Position numbers and translations under genes: made by a program
Source: Carcharhinus longimanus
Lineage: Eukaryota
Reading direction: 5' to 3'
NCBI GenBank assembly: GCA_030264375.1
Contig: JASCQW010000184.1
Span: 6,477,523 to 6,541,522, forward strand
Length of the DNA stretch: 64,000 nt
The notes under the pieces: model-generated
Seen by the model: the letters and a program-made list of their open reading frames with translations, nothing else
Databases searched by the model: none
What the model was told of the DNA's origin: nothing
Part shown: positions 12,575 through 24,780 of the stretch, piece after piece
Layout: each line of letters starts with the position of its first letter
Numbering within the stretch: position 1 is the stretch's first letter

Positions 12575-13140
12575 AGGAAAGGAGTCAGCTATTTAACCCA
12601 AGCCTGTTTTGCTGTTCAGTTAGAACATGGCTGATCTGCACCCCTAGCTTACCCAATAAAAACTGAGCATTCTTACCTTTTGAAAATTTAAATTGATCCA
12701 GCATTCAGTCTTTCGGGAGAAAAGCGCTTCCTGTTTTTGCTCTTAAATTAAGTAGGTCCAATTTTAAGATTGTGCCTCTTGTTCTGAATTCTTTCGCTAG
12801 AGGATATAGTTTCTCTGTATCTAACCTATCAAGTTCCCATGGAATAAAAGCCAAGTTTATGCAACCTGTCCTCATATTCTCACACTCAAAACTGCACTTT
12901 CATTCTGGTAATTCTATGCTGTAGCCCCTCGAAGGCCAATATATCCCCCTCCTGAGATGTGGTACCCAACACTTAGCACAGGTTGATTACAGATTAACAC
13001 TACGTTGATCCAGATGGGATTTGACCGAGACTTTGCGCAACTGAAGCATAACTTACTCCCTTTCAAATTCTAGTGTCCTTTAAATAAAGGCCAACATTCC
13101 ACTAGCCTTTTTGTAGCTGTGCACTAGCATTTACTGGTCA
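12575..13140 (-). mobile_element. Old CR1 3' fragment
   Basis: Degenerate match to the other CR1 3' regions. Similar pieces lie at about 2845-3350, 14900-15450, 17880-18170, 21360-22300, 25480-25710 and 27124-27335. Confidence 0.7.
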
Positions 13141-14310
13141 TATACAACATAGAGGAATTTTTGCAAAAAACCTACAGGATAATTTCCCTTGTCTTTCCAC
13201 CAATCTAAAACATCAATGTCTTTCCATTGCACAAACAAAATGGAGACATCAGGGCTAACAAATTGCCTGTTTAAGCAGGACTCTACCTTTATGCTAGGGC
13301 TGAATATTCATTAGTTACCACGTTCTCCACTCTAACACCTTCCTTAATTTATCCACAATTTCATATAAAACACACAATCCCAAATAGAATTCTTCGACAT
13401 GGCATGCATAAGCAACACAATCAGTTTATCAAGGTTAGTGAAATGAATTCTAGAGAAACTCTTGTTGCTCACAGCAATGTTGAGCACATGAACATTAAGT
13501 CTTTCGGAAATAAAAACAGAAAACGTGGGAAGCACTCAGCAGGTCTGGCAGCATCAATGGAGAGAAAAAGAGTTAAGTGCCAAATGCATGTAAAAACTGG
13601 AGTAACTCCCGCTGGTTTTTTAAAGTGGGATTTTCAAAATTAATTTCTCACACTCTGAGCACTGCAGAGTGCCCCAGCGTGAATAAAAATCTGTGGGCGA
13701 GGTCTATTCCTGCTGGAATAGATCACCCCCTCTTCTCCCCCTTGATAGTCGCTGTCCTCCCTCCCTCTTCCATTGATCCCAAATGCAGAGTGGCAACTGG
13801 ACACACCACAGAGCTCCCCTCCTCCTCCCCCCCTCCAGCCTCACCCCCCCCTTGGGCAGTGCTGGGGGCCAGGCTACCACTGCCAGGCTTCAATGCCCAG
13901 GGGCACCCACCCTTGCCCTGACCTCCTGGGGGGTGGGGGAGAGAGAAAGAACCTCATGGCCTCTCTTCATTCCAGCGCTTCATCAGGCTGCTAGCTCCCA
14001 GTTAGTGGGGAGCTGTTGTAAACCCCAGTGGGGTGAATCACTCCTGGCGGGGGAGGGGTTTGTGAGCGAGGAAACTTCAGTTCCGGGCCTGCTAATAGGA
14101 TTTAAATGTTCATTTAAATATTTAAAGCAGCTTCACGCCAATTTCTGGCACGGAGTTGATGCCGCCCAAAGTCTGGGGCCCAGAGGCATGCAGAGGCCAT
14201 GTATCCCAGGGGGGACCCTGCTAAATGACCTCTGCTTATGTATCCTGGCCCACTGCTCTGCTATTTCAGGTCGATGGCATTTGGATGAAAGGTCTGAATA
14301 CACATGTCAG

Positions 14311-14640
14311 CATAGAATCATAGAAAGTCATAGAAACCCTACAGTGCAGAAAGAGTCTGCACTGACCACAATCCCACCCAGGCCCTACCCCAACATCTCT
14401 ACATATTTTACCTGCTAACCCATGCATCTCAGGACATTAAGGGGCAATTTTAGCATGGCCAATCAACCTAACCCACACGTCTTTGGACTATGGGAGGAAA
14501 CCAGAGCACCCGGAGCAAACCCACACGGACACGAGGAGAATGTACAAACTCCACACAGACAGTGGCCCAAGCTGGGAATCGAACCCAGGTCCCTGGAGCT
14601 GTGAAGCAGCAGTGCTAACCACTGTGCTACCGTGCCGCAC
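14311..14640 (-). mobile_element. HE1-type SINE
   Basis: Full head (ggaatcgaacccagg..gtgctaaccactgtgc) and tail. Confidence 0.9.
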
Positions 14641-15982
14641 CATGATAAGCCAAAACAGCAAATCAGTCTTTAAAAAAAAAAAGACAGTTAGGTAAAAGTG
14701 GATGCTTTGGACTTGGAACTGAAACTGGTGCAGCTGGAACAAAATTCCCTCACCAACTAACAAGTGGACAGGAACCAACTTTGCACTCCTTTGCCTTTAA
14801 AGGAACACAACAGATATCCACTTTGGTAGATAAAACGTTGTGTAATGAAATTCTATTTCACGTCAACTATCTCACAGTGACCAACAGCATATTTGCATAA
14901 GAAACAGAAGCTGCAGCAGACTATTTGGCCCATTGAGCTTGCTCCTCCGTGCTACTTCAACTCTACTTTCACATATCCTCATAGTCATGACTCATATATT
15001 GCCCTCCTGTAATAATTCTGCCAAGGCCAAAAGAAGTGCCACACCCGCAGCTTACACCAAACAAGTCTATACCTTGGGACCCACAGCAATGGTCTGGGTT
15101 GAAGCAATGGGTTTTAACCTGCCCCGCTCACTTCCTATTGAGCGTGCCTCTGATAAGTCAATAAGGGCATTTGTACTATTGACGATCTCCTGTGCCCTTC
15201 GTAACACACTCTATACTGATTGCATCCAAAGACTGAGCATCCAGACCTTTCTGTAAAAGAGCACTCCAAAAATTCACAACATTAAGTGAAAAAAATTGTC
15301 ACCTCAGTCTTATCTCTTATTTTATGATTACGGCCCAGTGCTTTGACTCTCCAGGTGGGAGAAACAGCCTCTTAACATTTATCCTATTACGATCCTTAAG
15401 AATTTTATATGTTTCAATGAAATCACTTCTCATCCTTCGAAATGTCAGGAACTCTTGTCAATAATACTTCCGGAAACTAGAAAATTAGAAAACCTTCACT
15501 CAGGAAATTTCAGATACTTGCAGCATAACTAATAATATTCATTCACTAATTCCTCCCCTTTCCCAAAATATAAATTTTCAGGTATTAAGAATCATAGAGT
15601 CCTTATAGTGTTGAAGGCGCCCATTTGGCCCATTGAGATTGCACTGACTCACTGAAAGAGTTTCTTACCCAGGCCCAGAATCCACCCCCCCGCCATAACC
15701 CTGTGTAGTTATCACAGCTAATCCACCTAACCTTTTGGATTGAATTAGGCCAAAGGGCCTGTCTCTGTCATATGCCTTTTTTAGAATGACTTTCACCCAC
15801 AAATGATACAGCATAAACCGTACTAAATATTCTACCCAGATGCTGCGCCATAAGGAACATTTATAAGTTCGTTAAAGTGTCTGTGGAATCTGTAATTGTT
15901 TTTAAACATGTTGAAAAAGGACTTGAGTTTGAATCTGTTGTAAAATGTAATTTACTTGACGTAGTAGTAGTACTGGTCCATG

Positions 15983-16050
15983 TGACCTGATGACCCTTGA
16001 CCTGGAAACAGTACCAGCAGGAAGGCATTCCAGATACAAAAAGCCACGTG
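15983..16050. promoter_or_regulatory. Candidate intronic enhancer: composite DR1/DR2 nuclear-receptor element plus TEAD-like and E-box motifs
   Basis: TGACCT-GA-TGACCC-T-TGACCT at 15983-16003, CATTCC at 16026-16031 and CACGTG at 16045-16050, in apparently unique sequence. Confidence 0.45.
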
Positions 16051-16297
16051 CCCAGACATGGAAAAGATAAATAAATGAGAGCTGCAAAAGCAGGGAGAAC
16101 AAAGGAGACATATTTATGAGGAACTGTATATGTGCAATGTAGTTAAAATGGGACAAAAAGCTGAAGACAGGGATAGGGTTAGAGCAGGGATTGCAAATTG
16201 GACGATTTTACTGCTGCTGCTTAAAATTTTGCCAGAGCCCAAACTGTTTTACTGGATTTATGAAAGAGGAGGGATAAAAGGAGACTTTGGGGAACCA

Positions 16298-16466
16298 AAT
16301 CTCAGCAAATCGAGCAGCATCTGTAAGGAGAGAAAAGAGCTGACTTTGAGTCCAGATGACCCTTTATCTGGACTCAAAACATCAGCTCCTCTCTCCTCAC
16401 AGATGCTGCCTGATCTGCTGAGATTTTGGTTTCAGATTCCAGCATCTGCAGTAATTTGCCTTTACC
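16298..16466. mobile_element. Short fold-back element, probably a second Penelope-like terminal family
   Basis: gcagcatctgtaaggagagaaaagagctga..tgagtccagat / atctggactca..tcagctcctctctcctcacagatgctgc form an inverted repeat. A related single arm lies at about 13507-13576. Confidence 0.55.
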
Positions 16467-19400
16467 TTAGAGACTCTGGAAAATCAAGAATCTGTTGTGA
16501 ATCTAGCTAAGGCAATTCTGTAGGAGTGCGCAGTTCTGATGACAACCATTTCCACAGACAACCATCTCCGGAGTCCTCAAAAGGAATAAAAGGTACTGAA
16601 TGCAACTCAAGGACCGAATCAATTGAGTGGGAAAGTGAAAGGTCCCACTGCCTCTTAATTCATGTTTATTTTATGTTGGTTCTGGAAGAAGCAAAATCTC
16701 GTTGGTCATTTCTTATTTGGGGGTAGTTTGGTGAATTTGGTTATTTTGGTTTACTGTTCCCCCACAGGGATAATAACAACTATTTATTCCAAGAGCATTC
16801 ACAAAGAATGGATTAAAAGATAAGTGAAACAAAAAATTCAGCTGGAGTGAGGGTTTGAACTTGGCAAATTAGGACTCAATATTGCAGAGGACAGCTACTT
16901 TCAAATGTCTTATAAGTATGAGAAGATTTTGTTTAAAATGAAATATTTTAGAAACAATTAATCCAAAATGAAATGCTGGTTTTGAATACTCTTCCAACTT
17001 AAAAAAATTGGCTAGCAAGACTAAATAAATGTATGTTTCTTTAAATACTGGAATTTATATAACTTGAAATTACACCAGATGTTGAATGCCTAAATAGGAT
17101 AATTCCAGTGCAATACTGATAGAGGTTCTGCCTTTACAATAGGATGTTAAACCAAGGCTTCGTCTGCCCTTTTGACCAGATGTTAAAAGATCACATGGTA
17201 CTATTTGAAGAGGAGAAATAGTTCTTGTGCTATTCTGGCCTAATGTAAATCAATTAACATTTCATTTTCATTCAATGACATAACTCACAGTATGAACCAC
17301 TTTGACACTGAACATGCAACAAACGTCTACAAACTGTTCCTATAGCAGCAGTCATGCCAGTGTTTAAAAACCCCAAGCGGTTGGGTAGGCATTTCTTTAA
17401 CAAAAGCCCCATGGACACTAGCAGTCTTCTTACACAAGTGGTTATTTTTCATGCATGAAGCTTGAAAAGATGATGTCAGGAGATGCACCATTATGATTTG
17501 AGCCCCGTCCAATCTTTGTACCCTAAATTATTTCAGCTCTTATATATCTAATTATTCTCAAGCACTTATACTAGCTGCTTATACCTTTGAGAATCTTTAC
17601 TTTAAACACTCAGAGGGGGGAAAAAAGAAAAAACTTTGTCTGGTAGTGTCAATCAGGCACTGGGCTAGCTTAAGTTCTCACTTCTGTCTTGAAATGCAGC
17701 ATAGTATCATATCAGACAGGGTTTTAAGTTTAAAATGTCAAACTAATTTAGCAATAAACAAGTCAATAGTCTAATAGTGATAGAACTGACTTTCTTCCAG
17801 GAATTTCAAACTATCAGGCCATTTCAAATAGTCACAGATTTCTTCTCAGTGTAATTTATACATCAAATGCATTGCAACTTCTTACCTCCACCATAACTGT
17901 CACCTTCTCAATGGGGTCGACCAGGTTTGTCAAGCACAACCTGTGCATGGATTCTGAAATCCATGCTGGCTGCTTTGAATAATTTTCCCTTCATTTAAAT
18001 ATTTTGCATTTTGTTTTGATAATTCCCAAATTTCTTGCATCATAAGCATTATACTAACTGTTCTGTAATTATCAGGCTATTGGGTCTTCCTTTTTGGCAC
18101 TATATATTGGCCAGAATCCAATTCTCTGGCATACCACTTTCTGACACCTTCATTACTTATTTCCCCATTTTCCTCAGGATCATTTGATTTGATTTGTCAC
18201 ATGTATTAGTGTACAGTGAAAGTGTTGTTTCTTACACGCTATACAGACAAACCATACCATACATAGATAAGGAGTGTGTGCAGAATGTAGTGTTAGTCAT
18301 ATAAATCAAATCAAATCTCAAACTAAGGGCCACGACTCACAACTAGTGTTGGCCCACTGGAATTACAAGAGGAATTACAAGAATTACAATGCGCACTTAT
18401 CTGTTTTTGACAATTGTGCTGCAACCTCTGATGGCCGGAGCTGCTTTGAGCCTGCACTGAAAGAGTTCTTACAGGCCCCAGCATAGTCCAGCAAGGTGGA
18501 TTCAGGGTGGTCATGCCATCATTTTCTTTTACTGCACTGGCTGCTGTAAAGCAGGTAAGTTTAAAGGGCTCAGTGAAATTGACAGGCCAGGCAGAAGGCA
18601 AGTGTCCAAGGTAAGTAAGTGGGATTTGGAGGTCAGAGATCAGACCAGGGTGGGGAAGAGTCAGGGGATTGAGGAATCCCCTGGGGATGTCCATGTAGGA
18701 ATTGGTCCAGGTATTTAAAATAATTATACTGAAGTTAGAAGTGATTTTATTTCTTCCAACCTTCCAAGTAACTTTTAACCCAGCCCTGGCAGAACCACTT
18801 TTCAGATGATTCCCAGCACAGCGCAATTATCCAGGGAAAGTTAGCGCTTCTGGACAGTTGCCACATTAATCCTTACCTGGAAACTTCAGAAGCAGATTTC
18901 CCAGCTGGGGTACCCCACAAATTCGAAGTTGGCGAGCCAGGAAGTTATGGGCCAAAATTGCAAGCATATTTTAGTTGACATGTTTTCCCCTGATGTAGCA
19001 AACCAAGAGGAGATGGAGAGGAAATCTGGTGCTTAACCGGAGATCTACTGTCAGCCCTTTATGCTCAAATTGGAATCTCTGCAAATACAGAGTTCCTCAT
19101 TGTCAACATCACTCAGGCCATCAATTTTATTTCCACTGACAGTCTATGCAATCTAACTTTCCTGGTGCATAAAACTAAATAAGAAAATCTTCAGAACATC
19201 TTTTCTTTCACATTCTTCATTGTTCATTCCTGACAGGATATCTTCTTTGGTGTATTTTAGTAGTCTCAATAGCCCAGAAACTCCCAAATTTTACAAGACA
19301 TTTATATTGCACTAGAAGTATTTTGTTTTTTTAAACAATTCTGGGTTGATCTAAAGAATACAAGAATAAGAGCAAGAAGTCTACTTGGAGGTTCCCTTGC

Positions 19401-21565
19401 ACTGGTCACACAACCTAGGAATTATATCTCCAAGGGTATCTTCCACTATGAAAAACTATTTGAACCCTGCAGCAAAAGGACTACAATCTCATTACGCAAT
19501 AACCTTTCTGAAATCCAAATCAGGGAACTGAGTATGTTTTCATCTGTATATAAAGTTTAGGGTTATTATTTTGTTATATTTTAGGTTTTTAAATTGTTAA
19601 AAAGGATTTGCTTAATTTAACTCCTACAGAAAAATTGCACCTATGTGACAAAGCAATGGAGTGAGGAAATGTTTCACAATGGTCACAGAAAAGAAATCCA
19701 AGATGCAGCTAAATTTCAGACAGTATTCAACTGAAGAACATTGGAAATTCACATTTAAAACTAAAAATCACACAGCAATTACTTTCTTTGATCAATAGCA
19801 TTTCTTCCACCATCAACATTCCCCCTTTTGATCTGGAAGAAGGCAACTGTAACCTTGCAATATAGATACTGGAAAGATAATAATTTTCCCCCAAGTAAAT
19901 TCACTGAAGTAACAGAAATGCCAATACTTATTCCCCTCTCAAATGATCATTTCCTTCCCCATGCCACCTCCTAGATATGCCCCCACAGCCAGGCTCTTAC
20001 CACATTAACTATTGTCTGATGTGGAAAATAATGCAGGCAGCAATTTGCTGTTGGATTGTCTTATCTCCTTCACCACATTAGGAAGGATGCATCTTTCTGA
20101 ACCTCAAGCTCCAGTTAAGAAAATCTGACCTAAAATGAAAATCCAGCTTCTAAAAGAGGTTTGCATTTTATTCCAATTCTATTGCCATTTTATTGCCAAT
20201 TCTCCTCACTCAATCATTAATTCTTACTCTCCTGAACTTGGGAAAGCTTTTGTTGTAGATCAATATGAAAGACTTAAAAAGGTAGGGACATGTTTAAATC
20301 ATTGAACATGCCTTTGAACTTCAAGTGTGGAGATGATTAAAATAAAATTACAGACAAATTCACAAAGCAGGTAGGTTAACCTTTTGAAGGGAAACTAAAT
20401 GATGGAAAACTGCAAAAAACATACTTTTGAAATCCTTCTCTTTTCTGAACTAGATCACTATTATACACAAAGAGCTGCAGACCAGAAACAGTTACTCTTA
20501 AGCTTCTTAGATCGATGAACAAATACTTCATCACAGACTGAATAAGGAATAGTCAAGTGCAGCATTGTAAATGAACCTTTGTCCTCTTTCCAAAGCTAAG
20601 TATGCATCTTTTGCCAGATGAGGACACAATTTTACCATCTGAAGCATAGGAAAATTGTTAAAGTGATACCTTGGATTAATCTAATTAAGATCTGACCTCA
20701 AAGTCACTCTTTTCCCCTCTCCTCTCAGTATCAATAATGCAGTTTCTAAATTAAAAAGATGACATGTCTTCTCCAAGTAGGTAATAAAGTTCTGCTCATA
20801 TTATATGGATTTTAATATACAGAAGTATTTATGATAGCCAACACCCCAATACACAGAACATTTTGAACATTTGCAAGTAAGAAGATGCAACATTGCAGTA
20901 TTGCCATGTCCTTATTTGCATGGGATTTCTGAAACTCTTGTGCAACTGCAGAAGTATATTTAAATTGCAAATTAATTGTCCAGGAATCAATAAATGATAC
21001 TTGCACTAAAACACTATTTACAGATGAAGCTTGTACTTAAAAAACATAACTATTAAATATTGTTAAATATTGACCATCATTAATGTCATTGAAGAGATTA
21101 GGGATTATAGATGGTTGAAGACTGCAATAACCAAATATAATTGTACAGTAATAGTTTGCAAATGACATCAAATTGATCCAAAGATAATTCATTCTACATG
21201 ATTAATTCTAAAAAGAGGCAATCTTTAGAAATCTTTTTATACTCAAGTCAGTGTGGTATTTAACAGCTTTAGCAGTTTGTTTAATCTTCAAACTTTTCCA
21301 TTATCCTTTAAGGAGATGCATTCCACAGGCCCATTATTTTTGGAAAAGACATGCATGCCCATATAGAACATAACAGCACAGTATAGGCCCTTTGGCTCTC
21401 AGTGGTTCCACTGGTTGGCGCAACAATCTAATGACCCTCTAACCTAAACTATTCCAATATTATCCATATACCTATCCAATGACCATTTGAATGCCCTTAA
21501 AGTTGGCGAGCCACTACTGCTGCAGGCAGGGCATTCTACGCCCTTACTGCTCTCTGAGTAAAGAA

Positions 21566-21795
21566 GTATGCACACTCTCCCCATGTCTGCCTGGGTTTTC
21601 TCCAGGTGCTCCAGTTTCCTCCGAAAGTCCAAAAATGTGCCGGTTAGGTTGATTGGCCATGCTAAATTGCCCCTTAGCATCAGTGGAATTAACAGGGTAA
21701 ATCTTCCGGTTCTGGGGTTAGGGCCTGGTTGGGATTGTTGTCAGTGCAGGCTTGACAAATGGCCTCCTTCTGCAGTGTAGAGGTTTTATGATAAC
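21566..21795 (+). mobile_element. 5'-truncated HE1-type SINE between CR1 3' ends
   Basis: V-domain and tail present, head absent. Confidence 0.8.
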
Positions 21796-22500
21796 AATTC
21801 ATAGAACACTACAGCACAGTATAGGCCCCTCAATGTTGTGCCGAGCTATGTCCAATCCCAAGATCAAGCTATCCCACTCCCTATAATTCTGGTGTGTTCC
21901 ATGTGCCTATCCAATAACCGCTTGAAAGTACCTAAAATGTCTGACTCCAATATCCCAGCAGGTAGTCTATTTCACACCCCAACCACTCTCTGGGTGAAGA
22001 ATCTACCTCGGACATCCTTCCTATATCTCCCACCATGAACCTTATATTTATGTCCCCTAGTAACAGCTACATCCACCCGAGGAAATAGTCTCTGAACGTC
22101 CACTCTATCAATCCCTCTCAATTCCTTTTGAGACATCTTATCAAGTGTCTTCTGAAAACCCAAAATACTAAATCAGAGTGTTCCACCATATCTACAGTGC
22201 AAGCTACATCCTTAGAAATCTTTAATAGGCTTGTCAAATTCAATTTCCCTTTCATAAAACTGCATTAACTCTGCCTACTCTTAAAGATTTTCCAAGTGCT
22301 GTATTTCCCTCGCCCTGATATCAGTCTAACTGGCCTCTGGTAGAATAGAAACAACAAAAATAGGAGCAAGTTTAGGCTATTCTGTCTATCAACCATGCGC
22401 CGCCATTCAATGTGATCATGGCTGATCTTCTATTTCAACATGTCTTGTGATTATCTCTTTTAGTGCCTTAATTACTGCTGCTGTGAAAGTTGCATATAGT

Positions 22501-22831
22501 TATAGAATCCCCACAGTACAGGAGATCATTTGGCCCATTGACTTTCTGACAGAGCTTCTTACCCAGACCCAACCCTCCCTGCCCATCTTGTCCCCATAAT
22601 CCCACTTACTTACCTCACTAATCCCCCTAACCAAGGCATTTTGGGACACTAAGGGGCAATCCATCTAACCTGCGCATCTTTTGGTTGTGGGAGTAAACTG
22701 GAACACCTGGAAGAAACTCATGTAGACATGATGAGAAAGTGCAAACTCCATATAGTTCTCAAGGCTGGAATCGAATCCAGATCCCTGGCACTGTGACGCA
22801 GTACTGCTAACCATTATGCCACCATGCTGCC
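22501..22831 (-). mobile_element. HE1-type SINE
   Basis: Diverged full copy. Confidence 0.85.
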
Positions 22832-23149
22832 TAGTTGGTTCACCTAGTAGTCTACCACCAGAAGAAATTATTTGCTGTTAAGATGGACAGGTCAATGCCC
22901 AGCCTCTCTCCTGGTCTGGCAAGGGATTGTGTGGGAATGGGAGGCTCTCTTTGGTCCTAACTGTGCATCTCACACAGCTGGAAATTTGCAAAGGCCTGGC
23001 CACCAGGCAATGATTGGGTCCCATGCTATGCACTTAGTAATGCCCAGATGGTCCTAGTGCACTGGTTTACAACCATTTAATGTACAAGATCAATTTTAGA
23101 ATCTAACTGCAGCATAAGACCTACTCTTAAAAATTTGACTTTACTAAAA

Positions 23150-24780
23150 CCGCTAAAAATGTACGGTGTGCATAACACTCACCTATTCTTAGTGTGAGAC
23201 CCATACTTACACATTATCGATGTGTTGAGTTCTGTGAAGTCTGTGTTGTAGTTTGAGATGGCCAGTCTCATACAGCTCATCAGATGGGCATCTGTGAGAT
23301 GAATGTGATACTTGGACTTGATGATTTTCATCTGGTAAAACTCATCTCGCAGTGATATGTGGAACCAAAGTAGGCCTTCACCCTTGAGTGCACACGATGT
23401 CAGAAGAAAGTACTTCTCCCTGTTTACAAGTTCCCAAAAGTCTTTTTCCTGTGACCTATCTTTCAATTCAACGTCATTTTGCATGGTGATTATTTCCATG
23501 TCAAGTCCACTGCTTTGTTCAAACATCTGCTGAAATGTTGCTGTCGGTTCTCTCATATCCACTTGAAGCAAAGGATTTGAGACAAACGTAGTGATTTGTT
23601 CCATTATGTCTCACTCCTGAAATTGTCTGCTGAATTCCTTTTCTAATTTGTTCAGGTGTCACCGAATTTTGTTTGGGTGGAATCCTTTCTGTTCGACCTG
23701 TTGTTGGATTTTCCCCAGATGTGGGAAGTGCTCAGTAATTTTGTTCTTTAGCTGAGAGGACTACAGGCCCAGTTTCAGCTTGAACACATTCACTGCACTG
23801 ATTACGTATCACAAGTTTCTGTCTCTTCCCTGCAACCCAGATTTTGCACTTGTGTCTGTCAGATATGCCATGTCTCGCAATCACACATTATCCGACAGAT
23901 CACTGTACACCTAATTTAAGAAAGGTGACAATTTCAAGGAGCACATCTAAAACTCACTGGCGGATATTTCCTTGACTTAACCACCTCACATCTGCATGAA
24001 GGATTAGCTCACCATTGGTGGCATCAACTTCATTGAGTAACAACTTGAACAAGCAATGTTACAGAGCTCTGGAATGAATTGAGTTGACGATCTTGACAAC
24101 AACTATCATTACGTGAGATTGATCTGGGCCTTGGATTAGTCCAAATTGATTTGAAAATGTGGAATTCTGTTCTATGGTTGAATTTTTGAAGTGCATGTTC
24201 TGCTTTAAGATCTTTCTGGATTTCAAGATGGTGTCGCCATTCACTCAAAGACAAAAGACTTTCCCGTGCTTACTGATTTCGGAGGGCTCTGCTACAATGG
24301 TGATAATACTGGGTTCAATTCCCAGCTTGGGTCACTGTTTGTCTGGAGTTTGCACGTTCTCCCCATGTGTGCATGGGTATACTCCGGGTGCTCCGGTTTT
24401 CTCACATAGTTTAAAGATGTGTGGGTTAGGTGGATTGGCCATGCTAAATTGCCCCTTAGTATCAGGGGGACTAGCAGGGGAAAATGCATGGCATAATGCG
24501 GATAGGGCCTAGGTGGGATTGTGGTCAGTGCAAATCAGATGGGCCAAATGGCCTCTTTCTGTACTGTAGGGTTTCTATGGTTCTATGATTCTTTCTTTGT
24601 ACTGTAGGATTCTATTCAGTAATACGTCAGTTTGAAAAAAATAACAGTGGCTGCCTGGATCGACTGCCTGCAGGCTTCTCTTGTACAATACGCCATGTTG
24701 TTTGTTTATGCACTAGTCCAGCAAATTTAAGCTTCTGCTTGCTTTTTAATGAGCTGAACAGTCACAATGCTCTTGAAATA
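23150..24780 (-). mobile_element. Degenerate hAT (Charlie/SPIN/GTF2IRD2-like) DNA transposon
   Basis: GELILHADVRWLSQG at about 23968-24013 (LLH.EVRWLS.G motif) and C-terminal MKIIKSKYH..LTDAHL..CMRLAISNY; frameshifted, internally deleted. Confidence 0.85.
24287..24616 (+). mobile_element. HE1-type SINE inserted in a hAT fossil
   Basis: B box gggttcaattccc, V-domain and tail. Confidence 0.85.

Noticed and set aside
12677-12704. ATG..AAG|gtaaga phase-1 mini-exon (MLDQFKFSK)
   Set aside because: It lies within a CR1 3' remnant, and the true start exon is at 61836-61860.
13783-14418. Longest ORF in the track (211 aa)
   Set aside because: It runs through a GC-rich repeat into an HE1 tail, with no recognisable domain.
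17886-17940. Exon-like segment with GAG|gtaag donor (LCLTNLVDPIEKVTVMVE)
   Set aside because: It is the CR1 RT motif SQHGF..CLTNL..F.EKVT, i.e. a LINE fossil.
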